From positions 6,624,001 to 6,688,000 of the forward strand of contig CBDBDQ010000005.1 of NCBI GenBank assembly GCA_965203905.1: a DNA stretch of 64,000 nucleotides, written 5' to 3'. Shown piece after piece: positions 28,845 to 39,179 of this stretch. Source of the DNA: Spirochaetia bacterium (GTDB lineage: Bacteria; Spirochaetota; Spirochaetia; SZUA-6; Bin103). Position 1 is the stretch's first letter; every line of letters begins with the position of its first letter. The notes beneath the pieces were generated by a model. That model ran no database searches. It worked only from the letters and a program-made list of their open reading frames with translations, and was not told the origin of the DNA. Position numbers and translations under genes: made by a program.

Positions 28845-30239
28845 ATGGCACGACGCAAACGCAGAAGCAAACGCAGCGGCAAGGGCAATCGCTCGGCGCA
28901 GCCGCAGGTGGTGCACCCCGAGGCGGCAGGCCTGGATGTGGGCGCCACCATGATCTACGCGGCGGTACGCGCTGAGCGCGCCGAGCAGCCGATCCAATCG
29001 TTCCCGACCTTTACCCGCGATCTGCATGCCTTGGCCGATTGGCTGAGTACCTGCCAGGTAACCACGGTGGCCATGGAGTCGACCGGCGTGTACTGGATCC
29101 CGGTGCACCAGATCCTGGAAGCACGCGGCTTCGAGGTGGTGCTGGTCAACGCTCGCCACGTGCGCTCGGTGCCCGGTCGCAAGAGCGACGTCGAGGACTG
29201 CGAATGGCTGCGTTGCCTGCACTCGGTAGGGTTTCTGCGCGGCTCGTTCCGACCGGCTGACGAGGTATGTGCGGTGCGCTCCTTGTTGCGCCATCGCGAC
29301 AGCGTGATCAAGACCGCCTCCCGCAGCGTACTGCACATGCAGAAGGCGTTCGATCAGATGAACGTCCATCTGCACCACGCGATCTCCGATCTGACCGGGC
29401 TCAGCGGCCTGGCCATCACCGACGCCATCCTGGACGGAGAGCGCGACCCGACGCGCTTGGCGAAGCTGGCGCACCCGCGGATCAAGGCCAGCCGTGCCAC
29501 CCTGATCAAGGCTCTGGAGGGTGATTGGCGCAGCGAACATCTGTTCACCTTGCGCCACGCACGCCAGACCTATGCGCACTACCAGCAGCTCATCAGTGAG
29601 TGTGACCAGGAGATCATGGCCCGCATCCGCGCGTTCGAGCAGACCCAGGAGCCGCCCGCCGCGACCGCTACCGACCAGCAACCGCCGGAATCCCCTGAAC
29701 CGGGCCCGGAACCGCCTGCGTCGCCTCCGCAAGCGTGCAACATGAAAGCCCACCTGACGCGGTTGTTCGGCACCGACCTGACCCTCATTCCCGGTATCGG
29801 CGACACTACCGCGCTGGTGCTGTTCAGCGAACTCGGCCCCGATCTGTCACGCTTTCCGAGCGCCGCGCAGTTCGCATCCTGGTTGAACCTCTGTCCGCAG
29901 AACAAGATCACCGGCGGCAAGGTGATCAGCTCTCAGACGGGGCCCGGCGCCAACCGTGCGGCACAGGCGCTGCGCATGGCAACCCAGACCCTGTACCGCA
30001 GCCACTCCGCGCTCGGTGACTTCTTCCGCCGCAAGCGGGCCCGCGTCGGCTCCCCGCAGGCGATTACCGACACCGCCCACAAGCTGGCGCGCATCATCTA
30101 CCACCTGGTGACCCGCCACGTCCTCTACGATGACAACGTTCTGCTCCAGCAACAGCGCCAGGACCGTAAACGCCATGAACGGCGACTTCGAAATCAGGCC
30201 CGCGCTCTCGGCTTCAAACTCGTTCCGGAGGCTGCCTGA
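28845..30239 (+). CDS. IS110 DEDD recombinase/transposase
   Basis: GLDVG, AMESTGVYW, RKSDVED, IPGIG and RFPSAAQFASW motifs; AGGAGG RBS. Confidence 0.95.
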   Translation: MARRKRRSKRSGKGNRSAQPQVVHPEAAGLDVGATMIYAAVRAERAEQPIQSFPTFTRDLHALADWLSTCQVTTVAMESTGVYWIPVHQILEARGFEVVLVNARHVRSVPGRKSDVEDCEWLRCLHSVGFLRGSFRPADEVCAVRSLLRHRDSVIKTASRSVLHMQKAFDQMNVHLHHAISDLTGLSGLAITDAILDGERDPTRLAKLAHPRIKASRATLIKALEGDWRSEHLFTLRHARQTYAHYQQLISECDQEIMARIRAFEQTQEPPAATATDQQPPESPEPGPEPPASPPQACNMKAHLTRLFGTDLTLIPGIGDTTALVLFSELGPDLSRFPSAAQFASWLNLCPQNKITGGKVISSQTGPGANRAAQALRMATQTLYRSHSALGDFFRRKRARVGSPQAITDTAHKLARIIYHLVTRHVLYDDNVLLQQQRQDRKRHERRLRNQARALGFKLVPEAA

Positions 30240-30385
30240 ATGCTTGGTTTCTAAGGAGCGTGCGCAGACTCGACTGACTCGACGACTGGACTCGACTTGA
30301 ACATCGTCTTCCAAGTCACGGACTGACCGTGCCGAATCCGTTGCGCCTCGCACCTTGGAGACGATAGATTTCAGTGCGGAACGTA

Positions 30386-31010
30386 ATGAGCACGCCACCC
30401 ACGCACCCGCGCATTCCTACGGCGAGGCCGACTTCAGCGCATCCGCCTCAACCGGTGGCGGTACGTCGACAAGACCCGCTTCCTGCGGCGTCTGGAGGAG
30501 GAGCGCTACGCCTTTCTCATCCGTCCGCGCCGCTTCGGCAAGTCGCTCGGGGCGTCGGTCTTGGAGAACTACCACGACCGCTTCTGGGCGGACGGCTTCG
30601 ACGCCACCTTCGCCGGTACCGACATCGGGCAGCACCCGACCGGGGAACAGAGCCGCTATGTCACCCTCGCTTCGACTGTTCAAACGTCAACGACGCGCTC
30701 GACACCCTGGAGCGGGAGTTCACTCCTTCACCCACGGCGGCGGCTTCTACCGCAACTTCTTCGCCACCCTGAAGTCCGGGGCGGGGCGCACCGGCGGCGG
30801 TCTGGAACGGCTGTTCATCACCGGGGTGTCACCGGTCACCATGGACGACGTGACCAGCGGCTGCAACATCGGCTACAACGTCAGCCTGGAACCCGACCTC
30901 AATGAGATGGTCGGCTTCACCGAGGCGGAGGTGCGGCACCTGGTGGAGACGGTACCGGGAGCTGGGCGTGCTCAATGAGGACGCTGCGACCGCCATGGGC
31001 ATCATGGGCG
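30386..31010 (+). pseudogene. AAA-ATPase-like / PD-(D/E)XK protein remnant
   Basis: IPYGEADF..YVDKT..RPRRFGKS and LFITGVSPVTMDDVTSG segments with frameshifts and an internal deletion. Confidence 0.85.
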
Positions 31011-31364
31011 CAACATAGCGCGCCATAGGGCGTCATTGGGCGCGCTTCCGCCAGGCCCGGATTTGCCGGGCCGCTATGGCCTGTTCCACGTCTGCGAGGA
31101 GAATCACGGCCAACACGGTACGGATGGGAACGGTCTCACCCGCGCCTACCAGGATTGTGAGCTACGACGCCCGAGGCGTTGGACTCCAACTCCGTCTCGA
31201 TCCTGGCAGTCTCTTTCGCTACCAGGGCGTCGCCCTCCTGGATGGGATCGCCTTCGTTCTTCCCCTGACGCTCGTTCCCCCCTCCGGGGCCGCGTGGGCC
31301 GCGCACGTTGACTTCTTTTCCCGACCGCCGACAATGGGGCCGGCGGGACAACGCGAGGAACGCG

Positions 31365-31760
31365 GTGACAAAGATACGCGTGGCAACATTGGACGGCCCG
31401 AATACGCTGCCGAGGATCCGTAGCGTACGGCGACCGACGGTACCGGACCGTGCCGGGCTCATTCGCATCGTTGCCTGTGGCGTCTGCGGCCCGGATCTTC
31501 ACATTCTGCGCGGACGTTGGCCCAAGCCTCTTCCCGGGCCGCTGACTCTGGGTCACGAACTGGCCGGACTCATCGACGAGAAGGGCCCGGACTGGAGGCC
31601 GACTTCATGGGCCGGGCCCTCGCCGCCGGCGACAAGGTCAGGTTGCCACCGCTCATGCCGTGCGGCGAATGCTACTATTGCGTGCATTACCCGACGCGGA
31701 CCGACAGGTGCCTCAACCCGACCTGTTACGGTCGCTACATTCCCTTCGAGCAACCACCGC
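31365..31760 (+). pseudogene. Zn-dependent alcohol dehydrogenase 5' remnant
   Basis: CGVCGPDLH, LGHELAG and CGECYYC..C motifs; frameshifted and truncated. Confidence 0.8.
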
Positions 31761-31800
31761 GAGGCGCGCAGCGCGCCGACCATCGCGGTAGGATGAGGCG

Positions 31801-33348
31801 ATGACCCGGCGCCGACTGCCTATCGGCATGCAGACGTTCCGCACGCTCCGAGAGCAGGACTGCTACTACGTGGACAAGACGGCCTACGTGGAGCCGCTGC
31901 TTCGCGGCGGCACGCACTACTTCCTGTCGCGACCGCGGCGGTTCGGCAAGAGTCTGTTCCTGGACACGCTGAAGGAGCTGTTCGAGGGCAGCGAGGCGCT
32001 GTTCGCGGGGCTCTACATCCACGACCGTCACGACTGGTCGGAGCGCCATCCGGTGGTGCGGCTGAGCTTTGCCGGCGGCAGCTTCAAGGAGGCGGCGAAG
32101 CTGCACGCGAACGTGATGGCACAGTTGGAGGGCGTGGCGGAACAGGAGGGTGTGAGCGCGCGCTACGAGACCGCGCCGGAGCGGTTGGCGTATCTGCTGA
32201 GGACGTTGCATGCGCGTGCCGGGCAGCGGGTGGCGGTGCTGGTGGACGAGTACGACAAGCCGATCCTGGACGCACTGGAGATGCCGGAGGTGGCGCTTGC
32301 CAACCGCGACTATCTGCGCGGGCTGTACGGGGTGATCAAGGACAGCGACGCGCACGTGCGATTCACGTTCCTGACGGGAGTGAGCAAGTTTACCAAGGTG
32401 AGCCTGTTTTCGGACCTGAACAACCTCACCGACATCACCCTCGACCGGCGCTACTCCTCGATCTGCGGCTACACGGAGGATGACCTGGAGGCGGTGTTCG
32501 CGCCGGAGCTGGCCGGGCTGGACCGGGAGCGGATCCGGGAGTGGTACAACGGCTACCGGTGGCGTGGTGCGGAGAAGGTGTACAACCCGTACGACGTGCT
32601 GCTGCTGTTCGACAGCCGCGAGTTCGCGGCCCACTGGTTCGAGACCGGGACGCCGGCGTTTCTGGTGGACCTGCTGCTCCAGCGCCGGGTGGCGTCGGTG
32701 GGGCTGGACCGGATGGTGGGCACGGTGGAGCTGCTGTCGACGTTCGACGTAGGCAAGATCGGTACCGAGGCGCTGCTGTTCCAGACCGGCTACCTGACGA
32801 TTACGGGGGAGGAGGAGCTGGGGGGCATGGCGCTGTTCCGGCTGGGCTATCCGAACCGGGAGGTGCGCCAGAGCCTGAATGGGGCTCTGCTGAGTCAACT
32901 GGTGCAGGACACGGCGCAGCAGACGGCCAACAGCATGCGTCTGGCGCGGCTGCTGGAGGCGCACGACTGTGCGGGCCTGAAGGACATGTTCCACGCCTTC
33001 TTCGCCAGCATTCCGTACCAATGGTACACCAACAACGACATCGCGCGGTACGAGGGATTCTACGCGAGCGTGGTGTACTCCTACTTTGCGGCGTTGGGGT
33101 ACGAGATCGCGGTGGAGGAGTCGAGCAGCCACGGCCGGCTGGACTTGGCGGTGAGGACCGGCGGGCACGTGTATCTGTTCGAATTCAAGGTGGTCGAGCT
33201 GGCGTCGCCGGGGTCTGCGCTGGTGCAGTTGCGGGAGCGGGACTACGCGGCAAAGTACCGGGGGCGGGGCGAGCCGATCCACCTGATCGGGGTGGAGTTC
33301 AGCCGCGAGACGCGCAACGTGACGGCGTTCGAGGTGGCCGACGGCTGA
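31801..33348 (+). CDS. AAA-ATPase-like protein with C-terminal PD-(D/E)XK nuclease domain
   Basis: LPIGMQTF, YVDKT, RPRRFGKS, LVDEYDKP, WYNGY and GRLDL..FEFK motifs; intact 515 aa. Confidence 0.92.
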   Translation: MTRRRLPIGMQTFRTLREQDCYYVDKTAYVEPLLRGGTHYFLSRPRRFGKSLFLDTLKELFEGSEALFAGLYIHDRHDWSERHPVVRLSFAGGSFKEAAKLHANVMAQLEGVAEQEGVSARYETAPERLAYLLRTLHARAGQRVAVLVDEYDKPILDALEMPEVALANRDYLRGLYGVIKDSDAHVRFTFLTGVSKFTKVSLFSDLNNLTDITLDRRYSSICGYTEDDLEAVFAPELAGLDRERIREWYNGYRWRGAEKVYNPYDVLLLFDSREFAAHWFETGTPAFLVDLLLQRRVASVGLDRMVGTVELLSTFDVGKIGTEALLFQTGYLTITGEEELGGMALFRLGYPNREVRQSLNGALLSQLVQDTAQQTANSMRLARLLEAHDCAGLKDMFHAFFASIPYQWYTNNDIARYEGFYASVVYSYFAALGYEIAVEESSSHGRLDLAVRTGGHVYLFEFKVVELASPGSALVQLRERDYAAKYRGRGEPIHLIGVEFSRETRNVTAFEVADG

Positions 33349-33672
33349 CGCAGCGCCCACACCCACGGCATCCAGGTCTGTCTCAGGACAATAGCGCCAC
33401 GGCTCGCGTCTGGGCGCCACGGTAATCGCTTCCGTGACCGCGGCAATCTCCGTCTCGCCGATCCCGGCCCAGGAGCAGGAGGCCGTTCAGCCGGAGATTG
33501 CCGATGGATGGTTTCACCGGGCTGCCGCAGGAAGCATCTACGCGTGGACGCTTTCCGATGCCGGAAGTTCGAATGGACCGCGACCCACACCAGCGTGAGC
33601 AGCATTCCCACCGTCTCGTTCACGCATCGCGCGCGGCTGCCCGCCTCACAGCCGCCCGATCGGCGGGCTGCT

Positions 33673-34003
33673 CTACAGCGACACACCGCGATCGGCGCCG
33701 AGACGGCCGCCACCGCCGCGCAGCCGCGGGTCGAGCAGGTCGCGCACCGCGTCGCCGAACATGTTCAGGCAGTACACGACAACCGTCAGGCACAGCCCCG
33801 GCCACAGCGCCAGCCGCGGCGCCACCTCCATGAACTCGCGCCCTTCCCGGCTCAGCATCCCGCCCCAGCTCGGCACCGAGATCGGCAGTCCGAACCCAAG
33901 AAAGCTCAGCGCAGCCTCGCGGTCTTGAATCTAGTCCCATCGGCGCCGCGAGGATACCCGGCCTCATCAAGCAACGCTTCGGCGCCTTCAGGGTCGTAGT
34001 CGG
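33673..34003 (-). pseudogene. Collapsed ABC cassette: internal SBP fragment fused to dppC 3' end
   Basis: DYDPEGAEALLDEAGYPRGADGTRFKT joined directly to EAALSFLGFG...DPRLRG. Confidence 0.85.
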
Positions 34004-34212
34004 CGACGCAGCGAGTCTGAATGACCGGCAACGCCGGCGGTGAGTTGACGGGTGGCGCTACAGGGACCGTCCATGGCTCTACCGTGCGACTGTAGCACGG
34101 ACCCGTGAGTCGGGTCAGGTACGCCAGATCGCATGGATCGCATGGGGCTGCGGGCCGGTTCGTTGGAGAGAAAGGTTGTCCTGAAGACACTTTGAGGATA
34201 TACTTTTGGTGT

Positions 34213-34443
34213 ATGAAGACGATTACAGTCAAGGAACTGAAGGCCCATTGGGCCACCGTCGAGTCGGAGATCCGCTTGGGGGAGACGTTCGAGGTACTCA
34301 ACCGGGGCCGGGTTGCCGCCCACATCGTACCGCCGCGGCCGCGTCCCGTGGTCGCGTGGCCGGATCATCTGAGCACCGCTCTTCAGAACGACGACACCAA
34401 GGGGGCGGACATCGTCGCGTCGCACCGACACGAACGACGTTGA
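34213..34443 (+). CDS. Phd-like (prevent-host-death) antitoxin
   Basis: MKTITVKELKAHW...GETFEVLNRGRVAAHIVP. Confidence 0.82.
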   Translation: MKTITVKELKAHWATVESEIRLGETFEVLNRGRVAAHIVPPRPRPVVAWPDHLSTALQNDDTKGADIVASHRHERR

Positions 34444-34871
34444 TCTATCTCGACACCAGCGCGTTCATCAAGCTGTACCTGAAGGAAGAGGGGTCCGCTG
34501 CGGTGCATGAAGCGGTGGTCTCCCAGCAGGAGCCGCTGCCGGTGTGGAGTGTGCTCGAGTTGGAACTGTACAACGCGTTGCGGTTCAAGGTGTTCATCAA
34601 TGAGCTGACCGAGCAGGAGGTGGACGGTCTCCTGTCCACCTATCGCACACGCAAGCGCGCCGGCCAGTATCACGTGCCCCTTCTCGACCCGGTTGCACTG
34701 CACGAGCGTGCGATCGAGCTGACCTTGCGCACGCCGACCACTGGCTGCCGGTCGCTGGACATTCTTCATGTCGCTGCCGCCGACCTCCTGGCAGCGGAGC
34801 TGTTCGTGACCGGTGACCGACGCCAAGCCACGCTGGGGGAAGGCGAGGGCCTGCCGGTCAGGCTCGTCTGA
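34440..34871 (+). CDS. vapC: VapC PIN-domain toxin
   Basis: TTG start, IYLDTSAFIKLY...RSLDILHVA...FVTGDRRQ. Confidence 0.9.
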   Translation: MIYLDTSAFIKLYLKEEGSAAVHEAVVSQQEPLPVWSVLELELYNALRFKVFINELTEQEVDGLLSTYRTRKRAGQYHVPLLDPVALHERAIELTLRTPTTGCRSLDILHVAAADLLAAELFVTGDRRQATLGEGEGLPVRLV

Positions 34872-34998
34872 CGCTTTGATCGCGTCAGGTTTAGTCGTGG
34901 TTTAGTCGTAACCGGTCTTGGGTGCCATCCCATCCTCCTTTGACGTGCGCGCACCCTCCGTACGGGTTGCCGATCCAGCGGAGTTGTAGACGCGGTTA

Positions 34999-35889
34999 CT
35001 AGCCGCCGGCGCCGAGCCGACCGCCGCCACCGCGGAGGCGCGGGTCGAGCAGGTCGCGCACGGCGTCGCCGAACATGTTCAGACTGTAGACCACGATCGT
35101 CAGGCACAGGCCGGGCCAGAGCGCCAGCCAGGGCGCCTGCTGCATGTACTCACGCCCTTCCCGGCTGAGCATGGCACCCCAGCTCGGCACGCCGACCGGC
35201 AGACCGAAGCCGAGAAAGCTCAGGGAAGCCTCACTGATGATCACCCCACCGACGTTGATGCTGAAGACGATGATGACGACCGGCATGATATTGGGCAGGA
35301 CATGGTGGATGAATGTCCGCCACTTTGAGGCGCCGATCACCTCCGCCGCCTGGAAGTACGCGTTCTCCTTGATGTCGATCACGGCGCCTCGCACCAATCT
35401 CGAACCGCCGATGCCTCCTGATATCCCCAGCACCAGGATGAGCTGTGGCACACCTCGCCCCACGATGGACATGATGGTCAACAACAGCAGCAGTCCCGGA
35501 ATAGCCATCCAGGCATCGACAAATCTCTGCACCACCAGGTCCAACTTGCCGCCAAAGAATCCTGACGTGCCGCCGATCAGGAGAGCAACCACGACATTGA
35601 GCGCGGTCGCTGCCAGACCGACGACCATCGACAGCCGCGCGCCGTAGATGACGCGGCTGAACAGGTCTCGCCCCAAGTGGTCGGTACCGAGCGGATACGC
35701 GGCTGATGAGCCGGTCAGCCGGTCCGCCAAGTGTATTTCAATGTATCCATACGGGGCCAGGACATCGGCCAGGATAGCCACCAGGATCACGAGCACGATG
35801 ATGATCCCGCTGATCGTGCCGAGTGACTTCTCCCGCCACATCCTGACGAAGAAAGAGGCCGTTCCCGGTACCGCGGTGGGGTCGCTCAT
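34999..35889 (-). CDS. dppC: DppC-like permease (divergent paralog)
   Basis: Start MSDPTAVPG at 35889; LGTDHLGRD motif. Confidence 0.92.
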   Translation of the reverse strand: MSDPTAVPGTASFFVRMWREKSLGTISGIIIVLVILVAILADVLAPYGYIEIHLADRLTGSSAAYPLGTDHLGRDLFSRVIYGARLSMVVGLAATALNVVVALLIGGTSGFFGGKLDLVVQRFVDAWMAIPGLLLLLTIMSIVGRGVPQLILVLGISGGIGGSRLVRGAVIDIKENAYFQAAEVIGASKWRTFIHHVLPNIMPVVIIVFSINVGGVIISEASLSFLGFGLPVGVPSWGAMLSREGREYMQQAPWLALWPGLCLTIVVYSLNMFGDAVRDLLDPRLRGGGGRLGAGG

Positions 35890-36842
35890 TGATAACGGAC
35901 CCGCGGATCCAGGTAGCCATAGAGCAGGTCGACCATGAGATTCACCCCGACCACCGCTGCGCCGAACACCAGGTTTACTCCGGAGACCATCGGGTAATCC
36001 CTGTCGGTGAGCGCGGCCAGCATGAGACGACCCAACCCCGGCAGGTTGAATATGTTCTCCATGATCACCGAACCGCCTACCAGGATCGGCAACTGCAGTC
36101 CAACCAGAGTGACTATCGGGATGAGGGCGTTCTTGATGGCGTGTCTGACAACGACCGCTCTCTCCCTGAGCCCCTTTGACCAGGCCGTGCGGATGTAGTC
36201 CTGCCGCAGCACCTCCAGCATCATGGTGCGCGTTATCCGCATGGTGGCTGCGGACAGGTAGGTGCCCAGAATCAGGCTGGGGATGATGAACACGCCGAGA
36301 CTTCCCAGCGGGTCTTCTGTGAACTGAATCACTTCCATCGGTGGTGCCCAGCCCCACCAGATCACCGGGTACAGCATGACCATCATTGCCAGCCAGAAGT
36401 TCGGCGTGGCCAGGCCGACGATGGCCACCGAGCGTCCCACGTAGTCGGCGGACGTATCCTGCCGAATCGCCGAGTAGATGCCGATTGGCAGGGCGATTAC
36501 CAGCCCGATGACGATCGACATGAGGCCGAGCTGAATCGTTACCGGCAATCGACTTACTATCGTCTCCTCTATCGTGTCCCGGTTGCCAACCAGTGAACGA
36601 CCGAGGCTGCCGCGCAGGAAAATATCGCCTAACCAGCGTACATACTGCACGTAGCCAGGCACGTCCAATCCCAGCATACGCTCGAGCGCCTCCCGGTCTA
36701 CCTCGGCTGAGAAGTCCACCGTGCCCAACATTGCGTCAATGGTATCGCCGGGGATGAAGCGGACCGAAAAGAAGACGATAAGGCTCAAAATGAGCAGGGT
36801 GGGGATAACGAGCAGCAACCGCCTGATGATATAGGCCCGCAT
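35886..36842 (-). CDS. dppB: DppB-like permease
   Basis: 318 aa DppB paralog. Confidence 0.93.
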   Translation of the reverse strand: MRAYIIRRLLLVIPTLLILSLIVFFSVRFIPGDTIDAMLGTVDFSAEVDREALERMLGLDVPGYVQYVRWLGDIFLRGSLGRSLVGNRDTIEETIVSRLPVTIQLGLMSIVIGLVIALPIGIYSAIRQDTSADYVGRSVAIVGLATPNFWLAMMVMLYPVIWWGWAPPMEVIQFTEDPLGSLGVFIIPSLILGTYLSAATMRITRTMMLEVLRQDYIRTAWSKGLRERAVVVRHAIKNALIPIVTLVGLQLPILVGGSVIMENIFNLPGLGRLMLAALTDRDYPMVSGVNLVFGAAVVGVNLMVDLLYGYLDPRVRYQ

Positions 36843-36914
36843 GTCACATGAAATGAACGGCGAGCTGGAAAGAAAGAGCCTCCCAACTCGCCGATAACCG
36901 GGGGGATAAGACCC

Positions 36915-38693
36915 CTAGAATCCCATTTCTTCCTTCAACTGACTATCAATCCAAAGGCGCGAGATAACGAGGCTGTCCTCATTCGGTCCGAGATCGAATT
37001 CACCGCTGTAGCCTGTGACCCACGGCTGGAGTGCCCAAAACTGGGGAGCCTTGGGGCCCCATATTTGATAGTGGTGCTCGATCGCGTACATATCAACCTC
37101 TCTCACCCACTTCTGCTGCTCCTCGAAGGTAGTAGCGGCCAGAGCGGCGTCAACGAGAGCGTCCAACTCAGGCCACTGATGCAAGGGACGGTTCCACTGT
37201 GCGTCCGAGCGATGCCAGCCTACTAGAACTGGAGCGGCATAACTGGCGCCCCCAAGGCTTTGCATCATGCCTTCATAGCTACGCGCGAAGAGGTCCGCGT
37301 GATACAGGGCCCAGTCGCTGTAATCGTTGACCTCCACGTCGACGCCGATTTCGGCCCAGTAGGCGGCAGCGATCTCTGCATAGCTTGACCCACCGAGTGA
37401 CCTCGCGGACGTCTTGAATCGCGTGCCATCCGCGCCGCGCGGATATCCAGCCTCATCAAGGAGCTCCTCGGCACCTTCCGGGTCGTACGTATAGCCCTTC
37501 TTGACCTCTTCGGGCCACTCTTCGAATGGGATGTAAAACCCTTGAGCCCCTACTATCCCCTGAGGCGTCGCACTTGCGTAGCCCTTCCAGTACGTGTCCG
37601 CAATGGTCTCGAGGTCCAGGGCCATTTGCATCGCCTTGCGCACCCGGACGTCGTCAAAGGGCGGCACTCTTACGTTTGCAGCAAAGGTAGCCGTAGACCG
37701 AAAATAATGCGTATGTAGCACGATTTCGGGGTTGGTCTTCTGCAGGCTGTCTACGGCGTCGACAGATTTTAACCAACCACCTGAAGGGCCTCTGAGATCA
37801 ATCGTCCCTGAGATGAGTGCCGCCTGGAGTGTTGCTTCCTCCGGAATAATCAAATAACGTACCTCGTCAACGTAAGGCAGGCGGTTCTCGGGGTACTTTT
37901 CGTCATAGCCCCAGTAATCAGGGTTTCTGGTCCGGGTAGAAGAGCTGCCGTCCACCCAGTCAGTCATCTCAAAGGGCCCGGTGCCGACCAGGTTCCTCCA
38001 ATCCGTGATACCACCGTGTTCCTTGATTACCTCTGGCGGCAATATGTAAACCATCAGATCCTGGGTGATGACCTGAAACGCGGGCAGGTAAGGCCGCTTC
38101 AACTTCATGACAACCGTCGAATCGTCGGACGCAGTCACCGATTCGAATGGCACGCCAAGGAGGTTGGAAGCGCCCCCAAAGGGGGATGGTCCGACGTCGG
38201 CGAAGTCGCCCAGACCTACCATACGGTGAAAGTTGAATTCGACATCCTGCGCCGTCAGCAGACGGCCGTTCATCGGGGCCTTATCGTGCCAGCGAACGCC
38301 GTCGCGGATGTGGAAGATAAAGGTGGTATCGTCAGGCGTTTCCCAGCTTTCGGCCAGCCGCCCCGTTACCACGAACGGCGGGTAGGTGTTCGCCGCTTTC
38401 AAGTCCCACACATCTCTGTCTATTCCCCAGTTGGCGATAGCCAGCTTCTCCAAGACGCCCATGATCGGTGGGTCTGGCCAGCCGGAATAGGGGTCCCAAC
38501 TATTGAGCATGCCCTTGTAACCGACGGTCAGCGTCCCGCCATACTCCGGCGCCACTACCATCTCACCGGTGGTGGGATCGGTCACATACTGCTTGTCGGC
38601 GGCGGCGGCCGGCGCCTCCTCCTCGCCGCTGGCAAACGTAACGGTAGCCACCAGCGCGAGCGCCAGTGCCAATACAAGTGATCGAAGAGCCAT
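36915..38693 (-). CDS. dppA: ABC solute-binding protein family 5 (SBP5)
   Basis: GAGGAG RBS, start MALRSLV, signal peptide ending TFA; family-5 motifs. Confidence 0.92.
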   Translation of the reverse strand: MALRSLVLALALALVATVTFASGEEEAPAAAADKQYVTDPTTGEMVVAPEYGGTLTVGYKGMLNSWDPYSGWPDPPIMGVLEKLAIANWGIDRDVWDLKAANTYPPFVVTGRLAESWETPDDTTFIFHIRDGVRWHDKAPMNGRLLTAQDVEFNFHRMVGLGDFADVGPSPFGGASNLLGVPFESVTASDDSTVVMKLKRPYLPAFQVITQDLMVYILPPEVIKEHGGITDWRNLVGTGPFEMTDWVDGSSSTRTRNPDYWGYDEKYPENRLPYVDEVRYLIIPEEATLQAALISGTIDLRGPSGGWLKSVDAVDSLQKTNPEIVLHTHYFRSTATFAANVRVPPFDDVRVRKAMQMALDLETIADTYWKGYASATPQGIVGAQGFYIPFEEWPEEVKKGYTYDPEGAEELLDEAGYPRGADGTRFKTSARSLGGSSYAEIAAAYWAEIGVDVEVNDYSDWALYHADLFARSYEGMMQSLGGASYAAPVLVGWHRSDAQWNRPLHQWPELDALVDAALAATTFEEQQKWVREVDMYAIEHHYQIWGPKAPQFWALQPWVTGYSGEFDLGPNEDSLVISRLWIDSQLKEEMGF

Positions 38694-39179
38694 AATCGTG
38701 CTCCTCTTTTTTGCGGAGCGCGAGTCTGCGCCCCGTTTTTTTTGCCGGATACTCCGGCTTTTTTTTTCGTGTAGTGTTGCTGTTGGCCGGCCCTGCGATC
38801 CTGCCGCTCGGAACGGAAAGCAGCGAGCAGGCTGCGGTGCTCGAGCGCTGCGCAGGGGCACGGGCGGGCTACCCGCCGCAACCCGCGAGCAGCGTGGTGT
38901 GCTGGGAGTGGAGTTCTGCTGGTCGCCCGGCTGATAGCCGCGACGGGGTGAAAGACTGACGAATTGCGAGTGCCCGGCTGGCGGAGCGGTTAGTGAGCCG
39001 GTCTACTAGGTTGTGTTCATATTCCCCGGGGGGGGGTAGGCGAGGATAGGACGCGCCGGTTGCGTTGCCGCTAGGAGCGTGTCGGCTGCGCCGACGAGGT
39101 CCGAGCGTACCGGTGGGATGGGCCACCCGCTTCGCGGCCCTTCGGGGCGGCGCCTCGGGCGTCGGTTTTGGGGCGCTAG

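Larger units (their letters stand above)
28570..30259 (+). mobile_element. IS110 family element
   Basis: Left junction GTGTCA-AGC-TCACC and right junction TAAGG-AGC-GTGCGCAG; empty site GTGTCA-AGC-GTGCGCAG at 50045. Confidence 0.9.
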
